Origin: Psammoneis japonica
Taxonomy: Eukaryota
Direction of reading: 5' to 3'
DNA: 64,000 nucleotides
Assembly (NCBI GenBank): GCA_008632985.1
Contig: QPGO01000266.1
Location: forward strand, 1 to 64,000
The notes beneath the pieces are model-generated. The model searched no databases. It was given only the letters and a program-made list of their open reading frames with translations, and was not told the DNA's origin. The first letter of the stretch is position 1. Each line of letters opens with the position of its first letter. Positions 12,867 to 26,177 of the stretch are shown here, one piece after another. Both the position numbers and the translations under genes were made by a program.

Positions 12867-14711
12867 TGGCATGATAATGTGAGTCGAGGACCATTGGTTC
12901 CGTTATTAACTCTATTCACGGTGTTGTGTTTTTCAATGTGATCGGTTTTCAGCTGGAAAACATCGGCGTCGAAGAGTGTATCAACATTCTTCATAGGGTA
13001 ATTGCTTCTTCCCATTTGATTTCTTCATTTGCGTAGTCCTATATGATTCCAAGACTGGACATTAAGTCGCGTCCCATGATCATATCATTTGAACTTGAAG
13101 AAGATTTTGTGTTGTCAACATGTGCTATTTGAATGTCAGTAAGTGTTAAATTCGCATAGTGAGAACTGAATTTGGTGTTTACTATCAGTCGTAAAGAGCT
13201 CACCCTTGGTTTCCCAAGTTTTTGGTGGCGGATTTCTTCATTCTCGAGTTCCGCATGAATTTGCGCAAAATTATGGGTCGACGATGTTCTTTATCGAGAA
13301 GAACGCGTTGAAGCTTATTTTTTTGCTTTTCTCAGAGACGTAGTCACATAAACCATGACAACAGGACTAGCAAAACATACTATGATGCTTTTTCTGGATT
13401 GCCAGATGTCCTGTATCGAGTTATGCTCCTCGAGAGTATGAATTTTTGATCGGAATCGATCGGGTCAATTTTTCCAAATTGATAGTTTTATTCACTAAGC
13501 GTTTTAGAGTCGTAATTTTTGCTCTTATTTTTTCGTTCCTTTGCCGAGGAACTCATTTTAAATGTTATTGTGAACTGCCTAGTCAATTGTGGAGTTCAAT
13601 TCCTCTTTCACAGAGGTATTTCTGCCATCGTCACGTGACCGTGTGCGATTGCTATTAGAGTATCATATTTTTTGGGTCTCTTTTAGAGCCACCCTTGCAC
13701 TCTTTTGCTCTTTTTCTTTGTTCAAGGAACTCGCTTTGAGTGTCTTTTTCTTGAACCGTCTGATCAATTATGACGTTCAACTCTTTTTTGCGAGCGGCAT
13801 TTTCGTTATCGCGACGCGACCACGTGCGATTGCCATTTGAACGGCGCCGTTTTGGATTACTTTCATATTTTCCATGGCGTTCTTTGGCTAGCCTTTTAGA
13901 ATAGCTCAAATCCGTGATGTAGATGTTCTTTTATCAAAGACTGCACCTTTTATTCACTTTGGATTGTTCAGGTACCATATAGGACACCATTTTCGGAACC
14001 AAACTTGGAATCATTTTGGTTTTGGAGCTAACCTTGCTATCAGAGTCTGATTTGATATTTCTTGTGTTACGGACGTCTTCAACCACCTCCAAACGTTCCA
14101 GAACTCAATCAGCTCATCAATGGTATGTTCCAATAGTTCAGTATTTTGGATAGTAGGCTGATGCTGCCATCCTTGTGGTGCGAGTGATAGCTGATAGCTC
14201 AGCACTCGGTTTCCCGCTAGATTCGACTTAGAATCAATTGAAGGTTGTATAGACGCTCTTCATTGACCTCTTGGGTCTAGCAGAGGCTTTCTTGCTGTTA
14301 AGCTGCTCTGGTTTCTTCAGATCGTCTCGAAAATAATAATTCTGATTCTGAAGTGCATTTCCTCGGAAGACATGAGTCAAGAGACGCTTGAAATACTTTT
14401 CAATGGTTCCTTCTTGCTCTTTGGACTCGAGGCTCGTTGATTCGGTCTCTAAAAACTCTGCAATAGTCTCTCCTTGCATAGCAGATGTATTTCTCGGACC
14501 TGATTGACTCGTGACCTGAAATTCTATCCAACCATTACTTGGTGTAGATTTTTTGATAATGCGGTGTACTTGTAGAGTCCTTGATCCTGAGGTACTTGAA
14601 ATGGCTCGTATTAGAACAAATCCTCTTGTCTTGAAGACGAAAAATAGGGTTCCATCTTGAGGTGCTGCTCGGATTGAGCTGCTTCCACTTGGAAATCGAT
14701 TCCAGCAGAAC

Positions 14712-15178
14712 TGATGCATTTCACCCTGCTCATGGAAGAATTTACAAAGGCACATTAGTTAAAATTTTCATTTTCCGTGTTTTTACCTTCTGTGGTGTGT
14801 ATACACAATGCACTATGCTCGAGGAACGAGTGTAAACAAAAGTAGAATGAAGTACGAAAAGTGGAAATTATGAAATTAAATTTTACTCCGTGATTTTTGG
14901 TTTCTCCGAACGAGTTCTCAATGGCCTAAAGCTTCTGTACTGCTTCTACAGACAAAAGGCCTTTCGGAGAATATAATCGTGACAACAGATTGTCCGGATA
15001 CGATTGCTGTTGACACGTAAGATGCTCAACATCGTCAATCGATCGTATTTGCAATTTTCGACATCCGATCTACTCTGTGTGATCATTCTGTCCTTTGTAC
15101 GCATCCACGACTGTGGTACGATTGACATATAAATAATGTGTATAATTATAAATATGGATGTAACAGTCGAATACTGCA
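14712..15178 (-). repeat. Gypsy LTR (~467 bp)
   Basis: Highly similar to 46803-47263 and, inverted, to 50206-50577; TG...CA ends. Confidence 0.88.
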
Positions 15179-15575
15179 CATGGATGCAAACAACATGCTC
15201 CTGGAGACCAGAGCTGTGATCTGTCAGACATGATGTCAGTGGACAGAATGTTTCATCACGTGGATGGAACAAGTTGGCTAAGACACACAAACATTCGTGA
15301 CACAGAAAACATGATGGTTTGTGTGTTTTGAGGTCTGTTGTTTGACTGCACACATTTGTGTGACCAAAATACGTTGTCTCAAACTGCTCAGACACTGCAC
15401 ATGTGGATGCATGTCTGTTGGAAATTATTGCTTAGGGGTGACCTCACCTGCTCACGAGTTCGCTGAGTAGAAACCGCCAAATCGGCACGAGAACCACACA
15501 TTTTTCTCACTTTCCTCCACTCACACAAGTGGATGCTCATGCATCGAAAGAAACGTGAACAACTGTTGACACACC

Positions 15576-17010
15576 ATGGCCACTGCCACAGCCTTTGCTG
15601 CTTGTCTTACGCATTGTGGATACAATGCGCAGATGCGCACCCACACAGCCGGTCAAGGCTTTGCTGCTGTCCAGGACCTGGAACAGGTCCCTTTAGCAGA
15701 AATCACCACAATGACTGAGGGTGTTATGAAGAGCATGGACACCGCCGCCAACCCTCAAGTCTGCTTCCCATGCCTGGCGAATCGCAAGTTCAAGGCCCTG
15801 CATGCATGGATTGACTGCCGCAGAGCCCGGAATCAACAGCCAACTCCTGCTCTCTTTGCTGGTGACATTGTTGGGACATGGATGGCACGTCTCATGGAAT
15901 TGGAACAATTCAAGTCAGCAGATTCGGACGACGACTCAGCGACCAAGATGGCCGTGGAACTCAAGAATCTACATGACTGGCCTGCCTTCCAAGAGTTGCT
16001 GGAGACTGAACTGTGCCACCACTGCAGTGCTGTTGCTGGAGTGCCCCTTGTCTGCCTCATCAGGGAGCATGAAGAAGTCACCACCGAACTGCTGCCCGAC
16101 TTGCAGGAGCACAGCACACACAGGATGGGCAATGCCTGCATGATCTCCTGAAGAAGTCAGTGATGGGCATCAGAAGGCCCACAACGACTTGTCAGAGCTA
16201 GATGAGCCAGTGGCCGAGACTAAGAAGGTCTCTGACTTTCTCTCAAGGGTGTCTCCAACCCTGGGTTGGAGACAGGCAAGAGTGCAGTGGACGGTGATCC
16301 GGCAAAGCTAGCAGATTTCAAAGCATGCCAGCAGCACATGAAGACTCTGGTGGAGAATGCTGAGAACCGCAATGCCGACACTTGCAGAATGGCATCCGTC
16401 CAATGCCGCAACAACCAGCGCCAAAACCCTGGCGGCAAGCACCCACCCAAGAAGGACAAGCCCATGATCCGGGCAGGCCATTGTCCTGTTGATGTGAGTG
16501 GAATGCTTTCGATGGTCCTGAGCAGGAGCAAGTTAAAAAGCTCTGCAAAGCCAACAAAGCCAAGAAGAAACACAAAGCAGCAGCTGCATCTTTGGCGGCT
16601 GAGTTGGCCGATGCGAACACTTGTGCTGTCAAAAGGGTGGCCATTGCTGAGCCTGAACCTGCTGACGAACAGAAGGACTCCGAAGAGTCGGAAAAGAAGC
16701 CTGCTGCCAATGCAGGCACACAGTTCAGATGTGGTGCCCACAAGAAACCTCAAAAAGAGGAATGAACAGTTGCGCCAGCACCAAAAGGCACAGAGCCAAC
16801 TGTCACTGCACCTGCTGGCACTGTGCATTTATCTGGGCAATTCTTAAAGAACACACATGTCTCTTTGTCATCTGCTGGACATTCAGAAGGTGAGGCAACC
16901 AATGACTTTGACTCACGTGCTGATGCGTGTGCTGTTGGGTCCAATTTTGTAATGTGCTCTGATGTTGACCGCACTGTTGCAGCACATCCTTGCTCCGAAG
17001 AGCATGCAGG
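15576..17010 (+). pseudogene. Copia-like gag-protease remnant of a different family
   Basis: gag-like GVPLVCLIRE; protease FDSRADACAVGSNF (LDSHADTC type); frameshifted and TpA-depleted. Confidence 0.7.
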
Positions 17011-17044
17011 AGATCGTTGAGACTAGAGATCGTTGAGACTACAT

Positions 17045-18797
17045 GTCTCAATAGTAGCAACGTATAACAACGAGATGTCGTAAGGTTGTTTACGTTTTTT
17101 TCAGTGTTGCGATTGCCTGAATCGCCTCCATTTTTTTTTGTAATCAAATGCATGTCGTTACGCATGGAAGTCTTGACAGTTTCTTTCAAGTTTTAAACAG
17201 TGAAGGACTTTTTGTTGTTAACCTTTTAAGTGACTGTTCTAGTCGTATAATGCCGTTTCAAGCTTTTCTTGTGCAGGTGACATTTTTGAAGTCACTTTTT
17301 GTCAGGCACAAACGATCATACACAGTCCTTCTGACAACTTCAAACCTGCTATGAGTTCACTCATGTTTTGTACAAAAATATCTGGGGCGCTATAGCTTCT
17401 CATCGGAAGTCCATAGCACTTATTTTCTCCCCACGGCATGATTTTCGTGTTGGCACGACATGTGCTTTTTTAATTTGATGTGACAGTGTCCCACATTCAA
17501 ATCAAGTAAGGTCGCATGTGTGAAACCTTCTGGTTTCTAAAGCATGTTCTGAACATTTGGCAGAGGACATGGCACACGTGCTGGCCTCTCACTCAGTTCA
17601 CGAACGTCGGACAGAAACCAAGCTCAACCATTTTTCTATTTTTTTTTGGTTGAACAAAGGTTGGAGCTGTCCATTCAGAATGGTTTGTTTTCCTTTGGGA
17701 CCTTCAGCTTGCAGAGCCTTTTGACCTCCTTGCAAGTTGCCTCCAAGGCTTGTGGAACAGGAAACATTTTGCGTGATGCGGTTTTGCGCCAGATTTTGCT
17801 GCAAGGTTTTCTGGTCCACTTGACTGGAGAACCTTCGAAAAGAGATTCAAATCTTTTCAAAGGGAAGATCAAGTGCTTCTTCTCTTCTGGAGTCTGATGA
17901 GTTGCCGCAGCTGTCACATTGTTGAGATTGGTAGCATGACAATGTGAGTTGAGGACCATTGGTTCTGTCATTGACTCCATTCACGGCATCATGTTTTTCA
18001 ATGTGATCTGCATTCAGCTGGAAAACATCAGCATCGAAAAGTGGATCAACATTCTTCATAGATGCAGTTGCTTCTTCCTCTTTGATATCTTCATTTGCAC
18101 AGTCCAATGTGATGCCAAGACTGGACATTAAGTCATGTCTCATGATCATGTCATGTGGACTTGCAGAAGATTGGGTGATGTCAACATGTGGCGATGCATT
18201 TGTCATCACATGGTTGTCAAATTCAGGCAAAGAGAACTGTGTTGATCAGTGACTGTCAGTCGTGAAGAATCCACCCTTGGTTTCCCAAGTTTTGGTGGCG
18301 GATTTCTTCATTCTCAACTTCCACATGACTTTGCGCAAATTTGTGGATGACAATGTTCTTTGTCAAAAAGAACGGCGTTGAAGCCTGTTTTTGCTTTTCT
18401 CAGAGAAGCAGTCATGTAAACCGCAACAACAGGACCAGCGCAACATGCCATGATGCGTTTTCTGGGTTGCCAGATGCCATGTGACAAGTCATGCTCTTCG
18501 AGTGGCATGAATTTTTTGTCTGAGTCGATCGGGTCAATTTTTCCAAATTGATGGTTTTGTTCACCAAGCGTTTTAGAGTCACAATTTTTGCTCTCATTTT
18601 TTTGTTCCTTTGCCAAGGAACTCACTTAAATTGTTTTTGTGAACTGCCTGGGTCACTGTGGCATTCAACTCCTCTTTCACAGAGGCATTTCTGCTGTCAT
18701 CACGCGACCGCGTGTTATTGCCATTAGAGTGTCATGTGTTTTGGTCTCTTTCAGAGCCACTCTTGTGCTCTTTTGCCAACCTCTTTTTGGAATGGCT
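17045..18797 (-). mobile_element. Second partial copy of the gypsy element (PR-RT region)
   Basis: Colinear with ~11600-13720 but lacks the MITE at 12477. Confidence 0.85.
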
Positions 18798-18801
18798 TTA
18801 A

Positions 18802-19350
18802 CCCCGCTCGCGCTGTGCATAGCATGCTATGCACAGACATTTTTGCGAATTATCGCCAAAATCGTGCATGTGCATAGCATGCTATGCACAACTCAATTTT
18901 TTGGCGCCTTTTGGTCATCCCATTAATCAACTATTTTGAAGTGTCTGGAAAGACCTCATTGTGTCAAACATGTCAGACGCCTTTGACGTTCTTGTTGACC
19001 CACTTGAAACGGTTGATGTGGTACACGTGTAATGAGATTCAGCGACGCATGTAGAAATGATGTAGAAAAATACTTGTGTAACTCCTCGTACAAAAGCTAC
19101 GCATTAGCCTCACCAACAAGTGACTCCACTTCCAAGGTCATTGGAACAAGAAAGCTGCTATTTTAAAGGCTGTCCATTAAACATGCTAACAAGTGTTGAC
19201 TCATCGTCAATAAACGCTATCTGTGTCCTACTGAAATGAGGTACTTGGAACTTGAGCGACTCAAACCTTGTGCATAGCATACTATGCACAACGTAGAATT
19301 CTACGTAAAAAATCCCGCCAAAATTGACCAACTTCTGTGGCATTAAACAG
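18802..19350. mobile_element. Probable one end of a piggyBac-like DNA transposon
   Basis: TTAA followed by CCCCGCTCGCG at the point where the gypsy copy stops; three copies of the palindrome TGTGCATAGCATRCTATGCACA; no partner end found. Confidence 0.45.
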
Positions 19351-21041
19351 CTGTGTAAGCCCCATGGCGGAAGCTGTCCTTTTCAGCCTGTTTCCACCGT
19401 CGAGTGTACTGAAAGGTTCGGCATGTCTCAAGAAATTGTGCTTGGTTTGAAAGAGTGATGTGGCAGTTCGCATATGATGGAGGGACTGACGTAATATATT
19501 TAACGAAAAAGTCGTGGTGAGCATTTGGTGAGCATCTCCGTGGTGAGGAATTAGTACTTCTCTCCCACGTTTCTGCCGTGGAAGAGATTTTGGCATGTGG
19601 GAAGAATGAAAGAGGTGGCTGCCAGAGGCGGCCCAGAAGAATAAACTGAAAAGGAGAAAAGGAGAAGAGAGAGAGGAAAAGAAGGAAAAAGGAGAAAAAG
19701 AGAAGACATTGTGGGGCTGTCAACTTGCGGCCCTTGGCTGGGCTTCTGCCTGCAAAGCAGCTTGTCTGTGACTTGAGGTGCTGTGGTTTTGCATGCTTGA
19801 CAGCAAAGCTCCCACAGCATGCTGGAGAACTGTGGAGTTGTGCCAGTCTGTGGCAGCTTGACAGTGGCATCTTTTGTGAGGAGTGTTTTGCTGCCAGCCC
19901 ATCATGGCTTTTTGGGCAGCTTGTTTTCCAAGCCTTGCCCTGCCAGTCTGGCGGCCACTGCTGTGGATTTGTGTCTTCTTTGTTCTCCAAAATTCAATGC
20001 ACACTTTGGCGGGTTTGGCCCCACTGTGTTCAAACAATTCTCTGAAGTTTCCAAGTGAGAAAACGCAGCATCATCCTCTTCAAAAGATCTTCACAAAGAT
20101 CTCTGGCAACAAGCACTGGCCTTCCCCACCCATGCTGTCAGAAATGCCTGCCTTGACAAATTTACAGCATCACTCCCAAAGCATCTGTGGATGCTGCACC
20201 CAAATTTTGGCCTCATGTGTCACAAAATCTTGAGAGAATTTGCGAGATCCACCCCGCCACGCACCGCCACCTTTGGATTTCCAGTGCAGCCACGGCTTCT
20301 GCAGCAGGCTGTTAACAAACATGCAAAGCAAGTTCCCACTGGGACCTCAAATTGACCTGCAGCCTTCTTCATTCCGGCTGCACCCCTGCTTGAATTCTGG
20401 GTGGCCAGCTGAGCAAAACCTGGCTCTGTCTGTGTTTCTCAGTCCATGTTTCTGGCTTTGTCACATGTGGTGCAAAGTGCCCTCAGGAAAATGCTTGTGG
20501 TTGTGCTTGCCCAATGCTGTCCCATCAGCCAGTGCCTTGTGGTGCAGCCCAGTGCTTCTTTGCTTGCCAGCTCTCCACTGCAAGCTCGTCCTTGTGGCTG
20601 GTCTGGTGTCTTCAAAAAGCAAACCACACACCCCATTCTTGCCCAAAGAGGGGGGGCAATCAGACCAATGCACATGCCTGAAAGACACCCTGTGTCATCA
20701 GGAGGTTCCACGATGAAAACGAGTGAGACGAATGAACAACACCACATCAGCTGCAACGTGTAAAGTGGGAGCGAGATTTGGCGAGCGGTTTTCTGTTGTC
20801 TTGGTTGTTGCGAGTGTTGCGCGAAGCCTTGTTGATGTCGAATCTACGCCACAACATACTGACTTTGTACGCCACAAGACTTCAAAAATTTATTGCTTTT
20901 GTACTGGGTCTACGCCACTGGGCGCATGTAGAATATCATATAAAAATCATGCACGCCACTGTGGTACAAAATTTGTGTACACCCTGAACCATTCTACGCC
21001 ACTAGTGGCGTAGGCTCTGGTGTGTTTTTTATACTTCTGAC

Positions 21042-22592
21042 TTGAATTTTTCCGGTGGAATCGACCGCCTGTTGACAGGCCAGCCGATGGATGACTGGAC
21101 TACCATCATCGATGAATACGAAGATCGAGATCAAGACACTTTTCTTGCAGTGCGTGAGGAATATCTTTTAACCAAGATGACCCGTGACATTGCGGTAGAC
21201 ACCAAAGATTGGTTGCAGTCCCTCAAGAAACCACGCAATAAGACCGTACAGTCATTTCTCCAATGCGTCCGTCAGATCAATGATCTCATTCCATTCATGC
21301 CATTACCTGCGGATGAAGAAGACGTACAGCCTATTCCTAAGTTTACGGAAGCGGAATTATCTGTCATTATCCGAAAAGCTTGTCCCAAATCCTGGAAAAA
21401 CTCTCAAGTCCGTGCAAATCTACAAGGACTCAATCTCCGCAAGCAAGTCCTATACTACGAAAGTCTATGCAACATTGACAACTCAGAATCATTTTGACTA
21501 CCTCATCAAAACTACAATGCAACCATGCAGCAATCCAAAACAGAATCAAGCAGCAAAAATCAGCAAGCCTTGCAACAAAAATCCAACTCCAACTCGAGTT
21601 TCCAAACCAACAACACATGTCCAATCCATGGAACAGTCCATCCAAATGGACAAGAATGCAACATTATTCGCCGTGAGCGAGAAATCTACCAGCAGCGACG
21701 TCAACAAAGGCTTCAACGTATCCAATCCTCAGAAAACAATAGCCCAGACAACCAAACTCGGAGCCAGTCGCAACAGCAGCCAACTCATCGCTACAACCTA
21801 CACAGCAGAAGCAACCAACAAAGAAACAACGAAAATAATGCGATTGAAGATCCTTCCAGTACCTACAATGATTCCCCAGACGATCTTGGAAGCGCATCAT
21901 CCGAGTGCATCAATGACATCCATGATGAAATCAATGAAATTGAAACAGCAACTAGTCAGACTACTCAAGAATCTCAAGAAAGTGTCAGTGCAGATGTACA
22001 AGTCCAACTTACCTCATCCTGTACCTCTCATACAGACCAAGTACTGGGTCTCCTCGACTCTGGAGCCAACAATAATTACATCAAGCGCGAAGCCCTTGAA
22101 AAAATCTCCCATCAAATCAAACCAATTTCTACACCAGTAAAAAGCCGCTATAAATCAGTTCAAGTTCAGAACAAGGCAGCATTCAACATAACATTGCCTG
22201 AATTTTCTCAATCGAAGCCTATTACCATCGAAGCGTACGTCGAAGACGGTGCAATCGGTCGTCACACCATTGTTATCGGTCGCCGAACGTGCAAACAACT
22301 CGGCATTATTCTGGATTTCACGACTGCCACCATGACCTGTGGCAACGTCACCATCCCTATGAAAACAGAAAACAAGACTCAACATGCCACCTATGAAGAC
22401 TGGCGTCATATCAATCGAAAACGTCAAAACGTCCAACTTCAAGTCACCTCTACAAGTCGGCTCAAGCCCAAATTCCACCCTACCAATCGTCCCAAGTCCA
22501 AATTTAACTCTACCAACGGTGCAGTCACCATCCAGCGCTCTTCTAACGAATCCGAATGGATCAATCTCCGTCATCATCACCCTGAATTCTAG
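21042..22592 (+). pseudogene. Gypsy-like gag plus retropepsin protease (single frame, one internal TGA at 21495); no RT or IN
   Basis: ORFs 21042-21497 and 21525-22592 share a frame; CPIHGTVHPNGQEC knuckle-like motif; LGLLDSGA and IVIGRRTCKQLGIILDF protease motifs. Confidence 0.8.
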
Positions 22593-22614
22593 CCTGCCCA
22601 GTTGGGGAAGCGAG

Positions 22615-22930
22615 TGCCGTGGGTGAGTGTGTCTGACCGTGTGTGTGTCCTGTTCATGTTTATCAGAGTTCTACAGAATGTTTCCCGAACACCATAAGTC
22701 TTTACAATGACTTATTCCGAACAATAAATGTTCCCAATGACTTATCCTATGTGAGAAGGATTCGGGTTTCTCTATACTTCAAGTACTACGTTCTACACAT
22801 TTCTACGTGATCTCCGAGAGACTAGCTCTAGAGATCCTCTCCTCTAACTTTACTCATAATTCGTCTATGAACCCAAACTACTACGAGCACATCTCGTCTA
22901 TCAAACTATCAACTACTCTATCAACTATCA
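22615..22930 (+). repeat. Putative LTR between a PPT and a PBS
   Basis: Purine tract GGGGAAGCGAG immediately upstream; TG...CA ends; TGGCGCC PBS-like motif at 22933; no second copy in the window. Confidence 0.55.
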
Positions 22931-23032
22931 CTTGGCGCCACATTGGGCACAAACACTTTGCCTGGATCGGTCAAAATCAAAGCAAAAGCATGAAACTTTC
23001 ACCACAAGTTTTAAAATTACACCAACAGAGAC

Positions 23033-24227
23033 ATGGTCTTGAGTGAAATTATCAACAATGCCCATGCATTTGAAATAGCTCTTGAAAACCGCGGACGCTT
23101 CATCCGTGGTAGCCACGTGCAAGCGACACCTCGCTCGACATCTACATTCGTTGACAAACGCGATGTACCACAACTGGTCAAAGTGTGTGAGACTGCTACT
23201 GCCAGAACTCCTGAGGAGAACAAGGAGTTACTAAATACTCTGGCAGAACATGCTGCATATTTGGCAGATGAGGTACCAACCCTTGCATCCGACGAGATAC
23301 ATCTCATCATCGACTCGGGTGCTTCTGTCACAATTTCAAACAATGAACATGACTTTATTGGTTACATACGACCTGTCCAAAACTTGGACTTAAAGGGCAT
23401 TGCATCTGGCCTAGCCATTGAGGGCGTTGGCACGGTGAGATACGGCTTTATGGATGACGATGGCAACAATTTTACTGTTGATATCAACAATGTACTGCAT
23501 GCACCCACCTGCCCGGTTCGTCTACTATGCCCTCAACAAGTGGCAGCTGCTAGTCCTAATGAGGACACAGACGGGTTCTTTATAAGGGGTAAGTCCATGA
23601 CAATGATCTATGGACAACATCGCAAAACCGTGCGACACCATCACGAGTCGAATCTACCGATTCTCACTACGGCTCCAGGCTTTGGTAATTTTCGAGCTTT
23701 CTGCTCTGACATTAATGCAGATGGTAAACTGCCACCTCGCACCAACATAAAGGCACATTCGGCTTCGTATCCGGCTTTTGCTGTCACAACAAGAAAGCAA
23801 AAGGCGGCAGCCAACACAAACAAACAACAGACTTCTGACAATCAGCAGAACAAAAAGCCAAACAAAAATGAAAAGAAACCAAGGCCTACTCAGCCTCAAC
23901 AGGACTTGCCAGTCCACGAGGGAGGTATAGAAGACAACCTACTTCCCATCCAACGCAACATGTTGAAATTACACCATCGTATGGGACACGTTGGTTTTGA
24001 ACAAATCAAAGAATGGGCCAAAATCGGCACCGTGCCGAAACGCTTTGCAAAGTGCGAAGCTCCAGTCTGCAAAGCATGCGCTTATGCAAAAGCCAAGCGC
24101 AAGGCAGCTCAACGTGGTCACCGTATTGATGAATGCCACGACAACGCTCCAGGTCAAGGAGCATCCGCGGATCAACTCGATGCGAGTCATCTGGGCCTAC
24201 TTCCTACTTCTCGTGGTAAACCAACTA
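23033..24227 (+). pseudogene. pol: Copia element 2 pol, 5' part (protease, pre-integrase HHCC zinc finger, start of integrase)
   Basis: LIIDSGASVTISN; HHRMGH...CKAC; SADQLD...RGKPTT; the frame resumes at 38564 once the insertion is removed. Confidence 0.9.
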
Positions 24228-24704
24228 CATCAGAGGCCCGAATTCATGAATCATTGTATGCTGGTACCAGCATGGGAATGTTGTATCCTAAATTTGTGTT
24301 TTACCACGAATCCGCAGATTTATGATAAATCGGCATTATTTATGGTTAATCACGCCGATTAACATTAATCAGCGTGATTTATAATAAATAAATGTCCATT
24401 TCCATCAATGAATGTCCGACAAAATCAACAAGTGTCCGTGGCAATAAATGAACAGTTCTTGTTTTTAATCTGTAATGTACAACGCAATAAAGTATGCTCA
24501 CAAACCAGTCACTTTACTGTCAACAACATTGATTGTTGCTGTCTGCTGGGCAACGATCGAATCCAATGTACAGATTTGTTTTAAATCTCCCATGTGTTTG
24601 CAAATAAGTGGAGTCACAGATCCCGTCTATTTGCTACGTTTCTGTTACTACAACTGATTTTCCATAAGTGCACATGAATCTCATTGCTACTTAGTTACTC
24701 TTCA

Positions 24705-26177
24705 CTAGACTGGAGTCAACTCCAGTTCGTAGATTTCCTCGCAGTTGAGCATCTGCTCTTCCTCGTCGTCCGAGTCTTCCTTGTTTTCCTCCGCCGCTTG
24801 TTTCTCTCGCTTGGCGTCAATGGCCCTGTAGAGTTCTTCAAAGCGCTCGAGTTGTTTGCTTGCAACGTCTTGCTTGATTTCCTTGACAAGTTCACAAAAG
24901 AACTTGTTCGCTTTCGGTGACCATCCCTTGTTCTTCCGCGGCGTCTTTCGCTTCTTCCTTGCCATACCGTCTTCTGCCGAATCCGTTGGCTTCGCGGCCG
25001 TGAAGTGCTTGAGTCTCCTGACGGACTTCCTCTTCCGGTTGGACAGCTCCTTCTGGTCTGTAATGTTCTCCACATTCTTTTTTAGCTCTTTCGTCACGTC
25101 TTGTAGTGCTTTCACACGCTCGCCCGTCTTTGCTTTGTTTCTGACCTGTTTGATCACCGCGTTGCGCTTCTTGGTGTATTCTTCTCTTGTCTTGATGAAC
25201 TTCTCTTTGAGCTCTTCGACATCAGTTTCTTCCTCCATCGTGTCTTGTGGGTCTTTCTCAAGGAGTGAGAACTTGCTCTTGTTTTCATCGTCCTTCTCCT
25301 CGAGCATGGTCATGTCCGGCAGGAATGTCTCGCATAAGTCGTTCCTGTCACCTGTGGGACACCCGTCATCTTCAATTGGTGCCTCGTACTCCGAAACCAG
25401 TGTGCTACCCTCGTCTCTGCTCTTGTAGTCGGCATGCCATGCGTCGTAGTTATTCTTGAGGCTCATGAGTGCATGTGCCTCGGCGCACGACGTGCCCATA
25501 CTCTTGCCCTTGGAGAGTGTCTCCTTCCAATGAGCGTCTCCAACAATGGGGCGCAAGATGTAGTCGCAGAACACCATGTGCAATGTTGGATTCTCCAAGC
25601 GGCGTTCGAATCTTTCGACGGACGGCAAGATGCAATTGTGTTCCTCGCAGTATGCACAAAGATCTGCACTCACATGTAAATCCAGTGCGACGACTGTGTT
25701 AGTTGCACTCTTTGCAATCAGGATTCCTTCCAGGCTGCACTCACTGTGGAACTTGTCCTGCTGGGCCTGGCATGCGTTGGATCTCTTGATGGACATCCAA
25801 TCCTGGCACATTTTCTTTTCCTTCATTGTCAGCCATAGATGCTTGAGGTAGGATTTCTGCGCCTCTTGTGGCAGTTGTGGTAGCATCCCGTCCATAAGGA
25901 GTTTGCTGCAATTCTGGGCGTAGTCTCTGTGCATGAGTCCTGATTCCTCCAAATCCTTTGGGTCAAAAATGAATATGATGTTCAGGAAAAGTGTCTCCTT
26001 GACATGGTCTCTCACCTTGGCTGTGTCCCGCATAACCTTGGCATCGTCTGCGATCCACTCACTGGTGTTCACCTCTGTTACGACCTGGGTTGTCATGTTG
26101 GATCTCGCCGCATTTGTTTTTTGTGTGGTGATTCCTGACTCTGTTGAGTCTTGTGGATGATGGCCGTTCCTTCCCAT
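24705..26177 (-). CDS. Transposon accessory protein of unknown function, charged coiled-coil C-terminus; probable 81-nt in-frame intron 25664-25744
   Basis: 490-aa open frame, divergent from the transposase; GTGAGT...ACTAAC...GCAG intron signals. Confidence 0.8.
   Translation of the reverse strand: MGRNGHHPQDSTESGITTQKTNAARSNMTTQVVTEVNTSEWIADDAKVMRDTAKVRDHVKETLFLNIIFIFDPKDLEESGLMHRDYAQNCSKLLMDGMLPQLPQEAQKSYLKHLWLTMKEKKMCQDWMSIKRSNACQAQQDKFHSECSLEGILIAKSATNTVVALDLHVSADLCAYCEEHNCILPSVERFERRLENPTLHMVFCDYILRPIVGDAHWKETLSKGKSMGTSCAEAHALMSLKNNYDAWHADYKSRDEGSTLVSEYEAPIEDDGCPTGDRNDLCETFLPDMTMLEEKDDENKSKFSLLEKDPQDTMEEETDVEELKEKFIKTREEYTKKRNAVIKQVRNKAKTGERVKALQDVTKELKKNVENITDQKELSNRKRKSVRRLKHFTAAKPTDSAEDGMARKKRKTPRKNKGWSPKANKFFCELVKEIKQDVASKQLERFEELYRAIDAKREKQAAEENKEDSDDEEEQMLNCEEIYELELTPV

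Larger units (their letters stand above)
11380..15178 (-). mobile_element. Degenerate Ty3/gypsy element: 5' LTR, gag, protease region, RT and start of RNase H
   Basis: LTR 14712-15178; tRNA-like PBS next to it; gag-like ORFs 14755-13655; MIMGRDLMSSLGI protease tail; RT-like HPLPNIQEML and LPMRICGAPDIF; RNase H-like PFEMH...QLG. Confidence 0.8.

Noticed and set aside
14695..14711. tRNA gene
   Set aside because: Only a short TCGATTCC T-arm-like piece beside an LTR; better explained as a primer-binding site
17009..17041. 16-bp tandem duplication GAGATCGTTGAGACTA
   Set aside because: Sits at the junction of two element fragments; most likely a repair scar or assembly seam
21280..22140. 286-aa overlapping + strand ORF
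   Set aside because: Alternative frame of the gag-protease region with no motifs
24228..24325. C-terminal tail of ORF 23033-24325
   Set aside because: Read-through into the transposon TIR; the real frame continues at 38564
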